A stretch of 64,000 nt of DNA from the human T2T-CHM13v2.0 reference genome, Homo sapiens (GCF_009914755.1 NC_060947.1); one strand, 5' to 3'. Shown: positions 12,946 through 27,500, counted from the stretch's first letter. Program-made: numbers and translations. The notes: generated by a model not told the origin, from the letters alone.

Positions 12946-14599
12946 TTTATATATTATTTTATTATTTCTTTACCTTAGAGCATGTTTACTGAAAGGTAGA
13001 AGGAAAATGTAGCTTATATCCACTGCTGTGAAGTATTGTGGCAAACTGTGCATAAGCATTCCCATTAACAAATACATTAAGCTAAATATTTAAAGAGTAG
13101 ATGTTATACCAGATCTTTATTATGAAGATATCCTTTATGGACTTTATTAGAGAAATTGGTTAGGGTGTCAGAATAGGCTGAGCACACATGTTTCTCATTT
13201 AAAATACAAACCCAGGCTGTCTAAATTTACACTATCCAAACATCTACAGGAAAAGATTAGGATCAGATATTTTATTGGAGCCCCCTGAGTGGGACACTGG
13301 AGAGGGAAAACAACATAATGTGATACGTTTTTTGGCATTTTCTTCACTTTTAGTACCTGCAGTTGAATCATATGTGTTACAAACACAAAGAGAAATATGC
13401 TATCTTACTAATCACAGTGTTCTGAATGGACAATTATTTAGATGGATCATGAGTGAAAGGCGGATTGGAGTAGAGAAGCAATATTTTGATGTTGCACTTA
13501 TGTGTCAGAAACTATAAAGACACTGTCTCATTCAGGTCATGTAAAATCTGAGAAAGAAAGCATCACTATCCCGTTTCACGGTAAGAAGTAGTAAGGAGCT
13601 TCTCAGATTCAGAAGTTCTTGTACCTGCCATTGCACAGTTAGCTTATTAAGGGCTTACAACCTCTCCAGTGTTTCAGATTGTGGCTGGAATGTAAACCAA
13701 AGGTGTTGGAAGTATGAGCACTTTCAGGGTTGAACCTTAAACCTTGAAGTCTAAGAATAATGCTCTTAAAACAAGATAAAAGTGAAAAAAGGGAGTACTT
13801 TGTGAAAATTACATGTGAGGATGACTAAAATAAATATGCTAAAATGTAATTAGGAGAAAGAAGTGGCTCAGTTTCAGTTATTTGTTACCATTTTTTTCCC
13901 TCATGTTTTATCTGTATGTAAGACAGCATTCCTTTTCGGCATAAAGTATTTTAATGCAAAGTTAACAATTTGGTCACAAACTAGTTTTACAAACTAGTAA
14001 TTTGTACTTCTCTATTTCCTATCTCAGAATTCTGATTTCCTATCTAAGAATTCTTCTCTTTCTTGAATTACTGGCATCAGAGATACCCTTGCATATTAGA
14101 GGGATATGTTCCTACCCAAAAAGGTGGAATAGTGCCTTGAATATCCCAGCAGAAATATCACAATGTCGAGACAATTAGTAGGCATGATACACGCAATATT
14201 CATGTAAGAGATACATGCAGGGAGGAGCTACTGGTTTTTCATTAAGTTCTGTGCTTCCAGCTGGCCCAACACTCACAGCTATCACTCCCCAGATCCCATC
14301 ACATCATAAGTCACAGCTCCTCTATCTCTGCATTTACCTAACTCCTATTTCTAATGAATAAGCTCTTAGCCTTTAATATGCCTCCCGCTGTTTTTGCTGC
14401 TGCTCTAAAAATATGCCTTTCTTCTGTCTCTGTCGCTTTGTATTCAACACATTTGTAAATTTACATTATACTGCTGAGTGGGAGACGTTTTTGTCTACTT
14501 TCAATACTACAGGTCTTTTATCTTTTGATCTTTGCCCATAGAGCTGTGACACTGGGCTAAATCCTGTTATTCCAGTATACACTGAAATTCAGTGCTTGT

Positions 14600-14980
14600 A
14601 TGTGTCAACTACATTAGGCTAGATTATGCTACAGTAAGAAAAACTCCTTCCTCGTTGCAGAAAACAACAAATATTTATTTCTCACTTTTGCTACATTGCC
14701 TGCTACATTATTTTGTTACATACTTGCGACATGTTTTGCTATATTTCTGTTGGCCCGGAGGCTCTGTCTGTGACTAAATAACCCAAGGTGATGGTTTAGT
14801 CATATTTTCAGATGTGATCAGTTACTGTAACATGGGGAATATGACATATCTTACTTCCTCTCACATACCATTGGCCAAAATTACCCCACCAATCAAATGG
14901 AGCAGAGCAATGCAATCCTACCTTGTTCTGTGAGGCAGAGAGCTGGAAATAGTTGGCAAATGGCATTAATGGCTACTACA
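14600..14980 (-). mobile_element. MLT1 (K/L-like) LTR
   Basis: attaggctagattatgctacagtaa...tttatttctcact...cattggccaaaa...aatgcaatcctacc...ctactaca. Confidence 0.7.
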
Positions 14981-17900
14981 TGAAGCATGCATAAAGGGAA
15001 ACATTAACACATTTAAATGGCCTACTGTTGTCTTTTTCATGAAAGTGTTCTATTGGGTCCCAGTAAGAAAAGAATTAATATTGACCGAATACTATGTTCC
15101 ATGCCTTGTGCTTGGTTCATTCTTTCAGATCTTAGTAAATTTAATATCATTCCATCAGAATAAATTATCTCAAAAATCAGAGAGAAATACACTCAATATT
15201 ATAGAAGTAGCAAAAATGTATGCAAAGCCCACAGTGTCTTCAAGCTTCCACTTGATTCTTGTATTGCAAGTATAGTCCCATTCTCCATTATCCCCGCTGT
15301 CTTGGTTTGCCTGTTTCTCCTCTGACATCTTTCTTTAATCCTTAACAATAAATCCCCCAATGGCAGCAATTGGGCCACTTTGCCCCCTAATTAGTCTTAT
15401 TTATGGGAGTATCAGGATGAGATTCAAGGAACCATAGACTAGTCATTAAGTGGCTCAATATCAAACAGTCCATGATATTATATTGACCATTTCCTTCTCT
15501 TTCAGGGCCGTTGCTTTATTTTTAAATTAAAGTTATGTCATTTATTCTTTCTGGCTATTTTGTGTCTAATTATTCTCTGTACTTAAATCCCTGTTTGGGT
15601 GTTTCTAATTGTCTCAATCTCTTTAAAATAGGAGACATTTATTTCACAGCCCCAGTCCCCATGCCCCAACCCTGCTTTTCAGGATGCTGACTGCCCAAAT
15701 GCTCTGCCCTGTTACTACTGTCCTCACTCCTGGTTCTATTCCTGTTGGTTCCTTTGCTCTCAAATCCTGAAGGTCCCTAGACTGCTTTGTTCACTAATGG
15801 CAACAGGAAATATTTCCAAACACAGAAATCTATGCAGGATCAGCAGGGAGTTCTATGTCACTATTAGGTGACTAATTGCTCCACAAATGATCATTATCAT
15901 GCAAGTTCATAAAATAACAAGCCATCACATGTTTCTCCATTGACCTATTAATGTGATAAATTATAATTATTGCTTATAGAACATTAAGCCAGCCTAGCAT
16001 TTAAGTAAATCTTGTGTGTTTATGTTTTGATTATTTAATTCATTGTAGTACTCAGTTTGTGAGTTTTCCCCTCTTCAGCTTTCCCCTACGTAAATTGAAA
16101 ATAATATATTTTTCTTTCTGTGATCTCTGTGAAATTTAGAGTGCTTTTGCCCAGTGTCTACATAGAAAGAGAAAAGCTGGGCAGAAAAAGCAAATGGAAT
16201 AGAATGAGCTCACGAAGTGGCTCTTGCTCTGATTTCTCTGGCTTGAGGAAACAGAGAGAGCAGGAAAGGAAGTGCACTAAAGGGACCAGGACTTTGAAAA
16301 TTTCTCCTAAAAATCAGCCAGAAAGAAAAACACCATGCGCTAGCAGTGGCAAATAGTATGTCCTTAAACCCAACACATTGTCGAATTTCTTATAAAGTTT
16401 AGGAACAGAGTAAAGAGAAAGGTAAAGGAAGAGTTTTGGATGCCCCTTAAACTTTATCTCCATACAGTCATCTAGGAAAGTAGGTGCACTTCAGACCCCA
16501 GAATATTGTAAAGCCATGAATATCACACTACAGTCACATCTTAGAGGTCCATGTCTGCTAGCTGTTTTAAGCCTTAGCACTCCAAGGGAATGAATTTCGA
16601 ATTGATTTCTCAGGACTCAATTGGATAGCAGAAGTATTAGTAGCTTTCTCACTGTCGTGATTCTACACTGTACAAGTTACTTGGGTTAACTGCTGAAAGA
16701 GTAAATACAAAATGTTTAATGGCTCAGACAAAATATGTGTTTATTTCTGTTTATGTAAAAAATCCAGGACAGTTCAATATAATCTTCCCAAATTTTCTAC
16801 TTGAAAATTGAATGGGTTTTCTTGTTGTCTTGGGCAATGACCAATAGCATGTTCTAATTTCAGTCTGCACCGTATTAATAACTTTCTACGCTCTAACATG
16901 GACAGATTGAGAACTTATTCCCAGAGACTCCAAACACCAACTCCACTATTTTTGGTATCAGGGACATGGTACTTTGGAAAATGTTGGTGAAGTTAATAAC
17001 AGTTTTAAAGGATATGACTTCTCTCTGCCTCAGCACATGGGCATTTGTCAGACTTTAATAGTATTGCAATATAATGGTAAGTATATAAAATATTATACAA
17101 TATATAATTTATATGCTATCTATTTGTTGGAATTTATAGATTAGATTTCACTGGGTAAATGAGACAGAAATACTCTGTAGGAATAAAAATATGTGCTGTA
17201 TCACTGGGGTTAGCTCAAATGGGGCATAAAGAATGAGTGATTTTTCATTTATTATTGGATTAGTGAGACTAAATAAGCTGGAGAACTCAGCCGCATTTGA
17301 GTACATGCATACTCATTTTACCTGATTGCTCTCTTCCCATAAGTAAGAGAGGTTTGATACAGAAGTAACTGGAAATTGTACTGGCATGTTATTTTGCAAG
17401 CAATATCCTATTGATGTGGGCTGATGTAAGGAAGAAAGAATAGCACAGAAGTGTGAAGGTGACTCATAACGCCATGTTCATATTATTTTCTATAAATAAG
17501 AAAGATAGCATGCATCATCATCAGTACAGCTGAAGGAATCAGCTTTTTACCCTAGTGCCAAGCTATATTATTTCACATTTATACTATTGTTATGAATATG
17601 AACAGTGAAGGCTCCAGTGGAGAGTCAAAATGATTTTGAGGATATGCACTTTCTCCTATACAAGACATTCCATTTTTCTTCCTTTAATAGCTGTTTATGC
17701 TAAAATACAAAATGCAGCCTGATAAATATCTAACCTACTAAAATATAATTCCACTTTGCAGAAAGATTTGGATGGTGCTACTTATTTTTAATATTCTATT
17801 TCCTTCAGGAATGAAAAGAAATGCTGGTATTGCATAATGTTTCATTTCCTATTATACATATTCAGGGAATTTATCATCTCGCCATAAATATAAAACTTAA

Positions 17901-18785
17901 GCAACAAAATAGAATGACTGAAGACCTTGCATTTTTAAATCTCTTCTTTAATTTTCTGGGATTGAGGTGGCATCACAACTTGGCGACCTGCCATTAGAGC
18001 AAGACTTTTGTCAGCAAGAATCCTTGTTTAGGATTACGTTGAACAATGAACATGCAGATTATAGGTAAAGACAGGAAGAATGATGCTTCCCCTGTATTTT
18101 CCCTTTTCTTTAACCTTTAGGAAATATTTTCTTTTCTTGCCTTGGCTGTTGTCATTGCCTCTTGGAGTCCTTACTTTCATCTGACCAAATTATTTCACTG
18201 TGTTTTTCATACAGCAACTGGGGCAAAGTTGAAAAAAGAAGAAAAATAGGCAACAACTGCTTAAAATGTTTGAATTGCTTTCCACTCTACTCTGAAAAAA
18301 ATATATAATTCTTCTCATTTTGGCCTGAAAAGGACAAGTTCTTCCATCCATTCTCTCCAACTTTTTCCAGCAGTATTTTTTCCATCACTCATTATTTAGG
18401 TGACCATACATTCCAACTTATCTATATTTACTATCCCAATTTACTTTTGCTGTACAATAATTCCTTCCAGTTTATTATATGCCCTGTTGATAATTTATTA
18501 TGATAATATTTGTTTTGATACTCCAACTGTCCCTCATTCATCCCACAGAAGACTGGCTTCTGTGTCCTCTTGAAAAGTCCCAACTATTTTATGAGCACTT
18601 CCTTGCTATTTATTCAGTCTGTTACAAAGTACTTTTATTAATAGTCATATGGAAATAGTTCAGTACCTATTTGGTTATCCTTCCATTGTACTTTCTTCTT
18701 CTGCCATTATCTTATCTCATCTAGTACTATGTGACATACACGTGCAGTTAAAATAGTCTTCACATCACATGTGGTTAAATCTGAC

Positions 18786-18809
18786 AAAAAAAAAAAAAAA
18801 AAAAAAAAA
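18786..18809. repeat. A24 homopolymer
   Basis: Read directly. Confidence 0.95.
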
Positions 18810-18994
18810 CCAGCAGGATCCTGTCTCTTTTCCTGATTCTTTTAGTTTCAAAATCACTTAGACTTCCCTTTTCAGAGCAGCATGCACGGCTCCCACCGAC
18901 AACATGAAGGGAACTTAGATTAAACTGGGTAGTAGTAACAGCTAATTGCTTGCCATTTACAGTTGTGGTGGGAGACAGATTGTTTTTTGAAACT

Positions 18995-19102
18995 TATTTT
19001 TATTTTTTTATTTCTTTAATGAAGCCTAATTTATTTATTTACTTTATTTAATTTTTGTTTTTATTTTAAGTTCCAGGGTACATGTACAGGATGTGCAGGT
19101 TA
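18995..19102 (-). mobile_element. Very short L1PA 3' stub with AT-rich tail
   Basis: ttttattttaagttccagggtacatgtacaggatgtgcaggtt. Confidence 0.8.
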
Positions 19103-20624
19103 ACATGGTGGCACTGCCTACCATTTGGATTCTTTGTTCCATGTTGTGGCTTGAGCACCAGGCAGCCATTTGGCATTTCAATAGGAAACTTGAAAATTAT
19201 TGGTTAAGTATATGTAAATTATGTGTAGAAATTAGAGATTTAGCAATCTTGCTATAGAGCCTATAAAAGATAGTCAGAATATTATTGCTATATTGATTTT
19301 GTAATTTACTGTATGTGATAAATGTACAATTATTCACTTTGTTTGACAATGTTCTTTTTAAATTTTTTTTGCAGTAAACCCTTCAGACAGCAATGTGTTG
19401 AAAAAGAAGAAGAAAGAAAGCTTTCTTAAAAATTTTCTCACTGATATTCCATTTCTTAAGAGTTGATTTTGTGCATGAGTAATTAGTACAAAATGCTCGT
19501 AGACAATAAATATCTATGTGGATAATATCACTAAGCATATGCAATCAAGGCACAGTCTTTTGAAGAACATCATTTTGAGAAGACAGTGCCTAAAGATGAC
19601 GATTTAATATGTACAGTTGCAGAGGTATGATGAAGTAACACTAAAAGTGACTTTTTTTTAGACTAAATAACTGCTGATCTAAATGAATTTCACTAATTTC
19701 AATTGTCACTTTTCTTGGGCATGTACATTAAAAATTGCTGTTAATGTGTTGGCTTCATTAGCAAAAGAAATTCATGAGTAGTTAAAGAATGACAGTTTTA
19801 TATTATCATCTTCAGATACTTCAAAAGGAAATTTCATTAATTTACAACCAATAATGGTTCAATTTTGTCATCCAATTAATAAAATCAAAGTAAAACCTTT
19901 GCAAGTTCAATCTGTCAAAGGTGAAACATCTGACCTTATGAATGGTCTTATACATTCAATTTAAGGTTTAATATTGCATATAGAATTACTACTGGAGAAC
20001 ACAAATGTAATGGAGCACTCTGTTGTGGTGAAAACAATGTGTTTAAATTAAGAAATCTACTAAACACAAATAAATCATGGTACAGACATAATTTATATTT
20101 GATAAATCCAAATAAAAACTCTACATGTCAAAATTTACATATGTAGTAACCAAATTAGAAAACGTGACGAAGTTAATGTTGATTACAACATAAATCTTCA
20201 ATTTGGCTGTATATATCTTCTTTCTTTGCTGTCTGTCTTCAATTGGATTTTAGAAATGTTTGATCTGCTGAAAAACTATTTTGTAAATTGTCCTGTGCTT
20301 TATAGTTTTATTCAACTTTTTAAACAAACAATTCCTCTTATATTTTGGTTTCGTATGGTTCATATTTAGTTTTAAATTGTTATTTAAAAAGTTAATTTTA
20401 AGCAGAGCCATAATTCATCATCTTTTCAAGATTTTATTGAATAGCAATCACAGGAAACAAGATTTTCAAACCAGTAAACTTTAATAACCATCTCGAGAGA
20501 AGTTAGTGAAAAATTTAAAATGTTAAGAAATGACAAGTCAAGAGTGTAGAAGATTTAATTTTAACACTTGATAATTATACTTTGGAAATATTTTGCCTTT
20601 ATTATAAGGATCTTTTGATGGAGC

Positions 20625-21995
20625 TTCTTTTTTGTACAAATTTACGGGTTACATGTGCAATTTTGTTACATGTATAGATGGTATAGTGGTCAATTCAGGG
20701 TTTATAGGTTACCCATCCCGTGAATAATATATATTGTGCCCATTAACCAATTTTTTGTCATCCATTCCCCTCCCAATCCCTCACCTTTCTGAGTGTCCAA
20801 TGTCTATCATTCCAGCGTGTTCATGTGTACACATTATTTAGCTCTCATTTACACATGAGAACATGTGATATTTGACTTTCTGCTTCCGAGTTACTTCACT
20901 TATGACAATGGCCTCTAGTTCCATCCCTGATGCTGCAAAAGACATAATTTCATTCTCTTTTATGGTAGAATAGTATGCCATTGTGGAAATATACCACATT
21001 TTCTTTATCCATTCCTCCATCGATGGACACTTAGGTTGATTCCATATCTTTGCCATTGTAAATAGTGCTGCAATAAACATACTTGTGCAGGTATTGTACT
21101 GATCTCTTTTCCTTTGGATAGATAACTGTATGGGATTGCTGGGCTGAAAGGTAGTTCTATTTTTCGTTCTTTGAGAAATCTCCGTACTGTTCTCCATAGA
21201 GGTTGTACTATTTACCTTCCCACCAATCGTGTATAAGAGTTCCTTTTTATTTGCAAATTCGCCAATGTCTGTTATGTTTTGTTATTTTAAAATAATAGCC
21301 AGTTTGACTTGTGTAAAATGATACCTCATTGTGGTTTTATTTTGCATTTCTATGATGATTCGTGGTATTAAGCATTTTTTCATAAACCTGTTGGCCATTT
21401 TTATGTCTTCTTTTGTCTTTTTTACAACAGTTTCCTTTCACTAAAAAGTGCCCACTTTTAATGGGATTATCTCTTTTTTGCTGTGGCATTGTTTGAGCTC
21501 CTTGTAAATTCTGGATATTCATCTTCTGTCAGATGTATAATTTAAAAATATTTTTCTCTCTTTCTACAGGTTGTCTTTTCGCTCTGTTGATTAATATTTT
21601 CTGCTTTTCAGAAGCTTTTTAGTGTAATTAAGTCCCATTTTTCTACTTTTATTTTTGTTGCTTGTGCTTTTGAAGTCTTAGTCACAAGTTCTTTTCCTAG
21701 CCCAATGTCCAGAAAATGTTTTCCTGTTGTCTTTTCTAGTACTTGTATAATTTTGAGTCTTATGTTTGTCTTTAATTCCATCTTGAGCTAATATTTTAGT
21801 ATGGTGAGAGATAGATATCCAGTTTCATTCTTCTGTATACGTCAATCCAATTTATCCAGTACTATTTATTGAAAAAGGTGTCCTTTCTCCAATGTATGTT
21901 CTTGTCAGCTTTTGTAAAAGATTGATTGTTTTTAAATATGTGGCTGTATTTCTGGGTTCTGTATTTTGTTCCATTGATCTATATATCTAGTTTTG
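20625..21995 (-). mobile_element. L1MA (1-3-like) 3' 1.4 kb
   Basis: ORF 20838-21197 gives the ORF2 C-terminus (TCTSMFIAALFTMAKIWNQPKCPS..EWIKKMWY); L1MA-type 3' UTR. Confidence 0.95.
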
Positions 21996-23649
21996 CCTCC
22001 AAGTTAGCCTGGTCTCCAGGTCTATGTTTCTCACCATTATCCATCACCTTGTCTTGACAGAGCCACAAGTTAGGAAAATATGTTGAAAGAATAGGGAGCT
22101 TTATTTTGTATAGCTTTTTTATTCTCAGCTGTGGACTCAATTTAGTCTCCTAAGCAAAGGGTAGGTCCTGACATGTGTTTCTTAATTAAAATTTACATCC
22201 ATTATTAATTTTCCCTGTGGCAAGTAGCTTACATTGTATTTTGTGATATGACTCTCCAGTAGGCAGAAGACTTTGCTTTTAATGTTTATAATATCACCTT
22301 ATTGTCTACGTGATAATACACAAGCCACTTAACATATCTACATGTAATATGGACATTTGGTGAGCAGATAAAATAATATATGTGAACATCTTTTAAAAAT
22401 GTAAAGCAGAAACTTTTGTGTGGCTGCATTAGATGTAATATCTAATACTATATTGTTTTTGGTCTGACAGTTACCAAAAAATCTCATCTCAGAATTTTGA
22501 CTATCAGGTAAATGTGTACCCTTTAGATCCTGCCTTCCCATTCTCTTTATGAGCAAAGAGAACTATGCTTTCACAGACTACTGGTGTTTGAAAGTGGAGC
22601 ACTGCAGTATTCTGTTGTTTTAATAATGCCTATCTTGCCTGAAGCACTAAGAAAACAATTTGAATCTCCTAGTCAAGTGTGTGTGTTTTCTATCAATATG
22701 TAGTTATCATGCCACCAAGTGTTGTAGTTCTGAATGGCAGTGCTCTCACAGTGAGCTTTAAATCAGTTAATTACTACATTTGCTTTTTTTGGTGGGGGAA
22801 AAATTACCTTCATGCTACCACAATTCTGTTTTCTTGAATGTTTTTGATATTGCTTTAATTACATATACATTGAATGAGTGCTCATATGTTAATAAAGGAG
22901 TATTTGCTAATGTGTTGAATGTGGTTCTAGAAGTATAATTTCTTTAGCACTTTGATAATACAGCACAAAAGATAATAAGGAAAATAGTCTAAGTTATCCC
23001 CCACAAGTCTACAGTAGGACTGACCGCAGTGTTATTAAGATTTTCAGGAGTTTTCCTGGCTATCAATCAAAGCTTCTAAAAGTCATCCCTGTGTTTATAT
23101 TTTTACCATATAAAGACTTCCTACTACTATCCTTTTGTAAGTCTATGTAAGTATGAGCATGAGTTACTAAATCATCCAATCAGCTATTTGAATAGAGGAA
23201 GGATTTTACCTAAAAGCAATAATTTTTCTCTTTTGAAAATGTAAGGAAATCAAGCATAAAAGTAAAGAAAGGGATGGAACAAAAGAGGAAAATGAGGTAG
23301 TAGGACTGTACTAATAATCAGAGTAGCTAACAAAAGGTCAAAGGGTCATGGCCAAGAGAAATAATTTCTAAGACAACGATAAAGTGATAACATTAACATC
23401 TATACGAATAGAGATGTGTTCTCCTAAATAGAGTCCTTTATCAGAAACAAAGGAAGCAATGTGATAACGAAACAGAACAGCCAAGCAACAGAATGACATT
23501 AAATTCCAATTGAGATAGTATACCTTTTGCTGAACATATGGGATACATTCTTGGGAATCTAGCGACTGAAACATAGCATTTATAGTCAATAAGGAAGTAC
23601 TCAACCAATGCAAGAAATAACCAAATAATAGATAGCTTCCACAAATATG

Positions 23650-23705
23650 GTGCTATAAGTGTTGTTGCTCAATAAATATTTATTGAGTGAGTGAATGAAT
23701 TAACG
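23650..23705 (+). mobile_element. L2 3' tail
   Basis: gctcaataaatatttattgagtgagtgaatgaat. Confidence 0.65.
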
Positions 23706-23949
23706 GTTAATGAAGGAAATATTCTTCATTTTCAACATTGATTCCCTAATTAAGGCTTTCATCTCCTTCACACCTAAAATTCAGTCATTTCTACATAACC
23801 ATCACAACAAATATGATGGTTATTATTTGACTGAATATTATTGTGATTTAAGAAAACAAAATCAATGTTTCAATAGTTATTGATTGCTATTTAACCAACC
23901 ATCTCTAAATCTGTTGAAACACTAATCTTAAAAAATATATTATTTTTCA

Positions 23950-24320
23950 CCAAGTGCCTCTGTGTTAATTGGGTTCAGCATAGTGGTCTTTGCTTGGGAC
24001 CTCACATGTGCTACCAGATAGGGGCTGGGCCTGGATACTGTTGGCTACAGTATCTACATGCTACATACAATTTCTCCACAAGGCTCAGGCTATTCACAGC
24101 ATGGTTATTGGGTTCTTAGAGACATCATCCACAAACAAACATTCCGAGAGACAAAAAGTAGAAGAACATCTGTGTCTGTAAATTGGCACGTCATAATGTC
24201 TGTGATATTCTGTTGCTCAAAGCACTCAAAGAACCTGCCCAGATTGAAGGGGAGAAAAGATAGGGTCTAACTCTTGAAGAGGAGAAGGAATCACAAAAAA
24301 TAGAGCCATCTTAATTTATC
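23950..24320 (-). mobile_element. MLT1 (G/H-like) LTR fragment
   Basis: ggggctgg...ttcacagcatgg...ctgcccagattgaaggggag...ctcttga...gccatctt. Confidence 0.6.
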
Positions 24321-24399
24321 TAAATCAACAATACAAATACTAATAATAGACATATTTTACGACGAGTATGAGAATGATGAGGATGAGATGAGTTGTGTA

Positions 24400-24530
24400 T
24401 TTCTTACTAATCCTTACATCTTCACATAACCCCATATCCTGATTTTTTGCATGAGGAAACTGAGGATGAAAATAGTTATGTAACTTGGTGAAGGTCACAA
24501 CTTGGTGAGGGCTCAAACTTAAATATGCTT
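24400..24530 (-). mobile_element. MIR
   Basis: atgaggaaactgagg...agttatgtaacttggtgaaggtcacaa MIR core. Confidence 0.75.
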
Positions 24531-27500
24531 TTTCCATTTTATTTCATTATCTTCTCACCCTACCACAAAATCTACTATAATTCCCTGTGATCTCCCACAC
24601 CAAAGCTAAATTCCTTTGTATAATTTCATCAATAATCTTTCCTATTCCTGCTTATGCAATCTTACATGTTTCTGCATCCCACGGTGTACCCTCATTCCAT
24701 TAATGCCCAGCTATTAACCCATATATATTGTCCCAACTTTGCCTTGTTCCCCTTACCTGAAATGCCCTCATCGCTTCCCACCACCTCCAATCTAAATTCT
24801 ACCAGCCATTCATACATTTCTCATAGCCCATCATTTTTTTTTTTCTCTGAACGTCTCCGTATCTATCTATAGCAGCCCATAGTTATGTCCCATTTTAGTG
24901 TATCAGCTGTTGGACCTCAATTGTTGGTGTTTTCACATGTTAGTTTTATCATTCCAATTGTATTGCACATTTTGTGGCTGTATCTATATCACCACATCTG
25001 GTATTCTTTCTGAATTCCTTGTAGCCTCCATCCTCTAAGACTGGTTCATCAGAGAATTGGCAATAAACTTCAACATGGTGCTTTAGTCACACTAAAGTCA
25101 ATTGAAACCTTCCATACAAAAATGATCAATGAAAATATTAGTCTGAAGTAACTAGCTTGACCATAGTGAAGTGAAGCATAGTATGCAGATGATACACTTA
25201 TGCACATTTTGCACTATGTTCATCCTTGAGCCTTCTCAGCAAATTAGAGGGAAAACCTACAGGTCAAAGTGGCCCAGCAAAGCTGCAGAGTTATTGACTA
25301 CATGCTGTGATTTCTGAATTTCTATTAAAGAGCATTTTCTCTTCTACTAGGTGGAAATGGAAATGGCTTTAATAAGATAATGTATTCCACAATTCAGAAT
25401 GAAGCTTAAGGCATGTGTTCACTAAAAGCATATGATCTTTTCCATAGAAGGTTCTGATCTGTCTTATGAAGAGTAGAGGGATTAAGAAGTTCTTGGGCAT
25501 ATTGTAGGGAAGTAGGTATTTCAAGAAAGGAAAAAGGATACCTGTTAATAGTTTGCCTAAGGTGGCATTTGCTAATGTTTCTAACTTCAAAAAAGAGAAA
25601 AGAGGACATCCTAGGGCATAAGTCCTCCGGCTGTCAAATAGAGAGGTTGGCCTGATAGCCTACGGAGTCCCTACCATCAGACACTCCCATCCCAATATCC
25701 TTCATACATACATGTAACCACTCATTGCAGGTTGGAGATTATTTAAATGCTGGCTTGAAATGTTGCTGAGCATTAGGAGGAGGATAAAGTGGGGCAATAT
25801 TTTACAGCATCCTGCACCACTTTCCTTATCCCATACAATTACTAACTATTTTCCTGAGACAAATTTCCAAGTCAAATTGTAAATCAGCCATGAGTCTTAC
25901 ACAACAAAATGAACTGATCAAGCTCTCCATAGTGTCAAGTCCTCAGGTAGAGATTTTAGAAAGTAGTTTAGGAGGCAGGCTAAAGAATATAACCAGCCAG
26001 CTTGTCTTACCATTAACTTTATTTCCCTTTCTATCAGGGACAGGTAATCTTGTTTAGCTGGCCACTTAGTCTTAATAAGCCAACATGAAAGCTCTAATGG
26101 GAATGCTAAAAATCTCATTTATAAGAGTCAGATGATTTCTGGTTACTAGCGGCACAATTTTCTATCTCCAGTTGACCAGGTATTTGACGTCTACTGGTGT
26201 GAGAAAAATGACTTTATAATGGGGAACTGAACAAATGTTTGAGTTTTATTTTGTCTTGAGGGTAATTATTACTAGAGTTCTCTTGCCCTTGTTTTGCCTC
26301 TCACACTAAAAACAATATTTCAAAACTGAAATATGTGCCATGGAGTAAGGCATGTGGTTGTGCAAAGAAAATTGTAAGGTTTGAAAATAGTCTTTCTTGG
26401 CATCCCTGTCTATTCCAAATCTAAAATAATTTTAGAATAAATTGGAGCACTCTGAATATTTATAAATGATTTAAGGAATCCAGTATATCTAGTTTCTCCA
26501 AGAAAAGTCATGTCAATGATCCTTGGAAATTCTTTATGTTTATCCCTGTCCTACAACATGGCAGGGAATGGGATGCTCCATGAAGCTTCCAACCTTATAT
26601 CATGTTGCTCCTTGTCTAATTTAGAGCACCGAGAAGGGCATGATACATTGCTTTTGCTACTCTAGCCTCAGCGGTGGAACATCGAACCCTGACATGGATG
26701 TTCTCTATAGTAGACCCTGTCCCTTCCCTGTGTTTTGGCCACATCCTATCCCTGCTACTCTGAGCCTTTGGCTTGAAGAGAGCAGGAATGACTGCAAATT
26801 TGGTCTCCGCACTCTGTTCAATGAGGAGGTGGAGAGAGTGACTGCTATTGCAGCATGTGCAGCAGATGCATCTGCCTAAATCCATATGCAGTAGTCACAG
26901 GGAGAAAACATTGTGGGCTCTTTTTTCTGGCAAAGGAGGCAAAAAGGCCCAACATGTCTCCCACCACACCTACAAACAGAGCTGGGCAGCAGCTGAGACA
27001 GCCGTAGCCACAGTTAGGAAGGAGTGAATTAATTATTCTCTTCCTCACTTATATTAGATGTTGAAGCAGTTGCCCATAAGAAGCAGCTCTTTTCAGCACT
27101 TGTGCCGTACATTCCTACTCATTTTTCATGCATTCTAGAGCATATGGGTTGTGTAATTGGATGGTTCACCCAATCCCATCACCATCTGCTCTCCAGCTAA
27201 GCTGCACAAGCCTTTGGTAAAGTAATGAAAGATTTGACTGTCCAAAAGCCTCTTCTCCCAAGCAAAACTTTATACTTTCAAAATAAGTATATTATCATAA
27301 TGAATTCTGTCCATATATGTCCATATAAATTTTGTTATTACTTCACATGTAAAAAAAACCCACAAAATAATTTTGTTGAATTGAATCTATACTGTTACCA
27401 AGTATACAGAAATAATAATTGTATTAATTTTAAAATAAAGTTGCCTTCAAAATGGTACCACAGATTCACATTTTAAATAGATTTGTCTATGTGGAAATTT

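Larger units (their letters stand above)
18397..20620 (+). mobile_element. hAT-Blackjack DNA transposon fossil with degenerate transposase
   Basis: TIR-like aggtgaccata at about 18397; translations SSDTSKGNFINLQPIMVQFCHPINKIKVKPLQVQSVKGETSDL (from 19809) and LSLLSVFNWILEMFDLLKNYF (from 20220) resemble hAT DDE-domain blocks. Confidence 0.7.

Noticed and set aside
18786-18809. A24 tract as a retrocopy tail
   Set aside because: No TSD, poly(A) signal or recognisable upstream transcript
26616-27048. Overlapping ORFs in the GC-richer island as a coding exon or processed pseudogene
   Set aside because: No recognisable protein similarity, poly(A) or TSD
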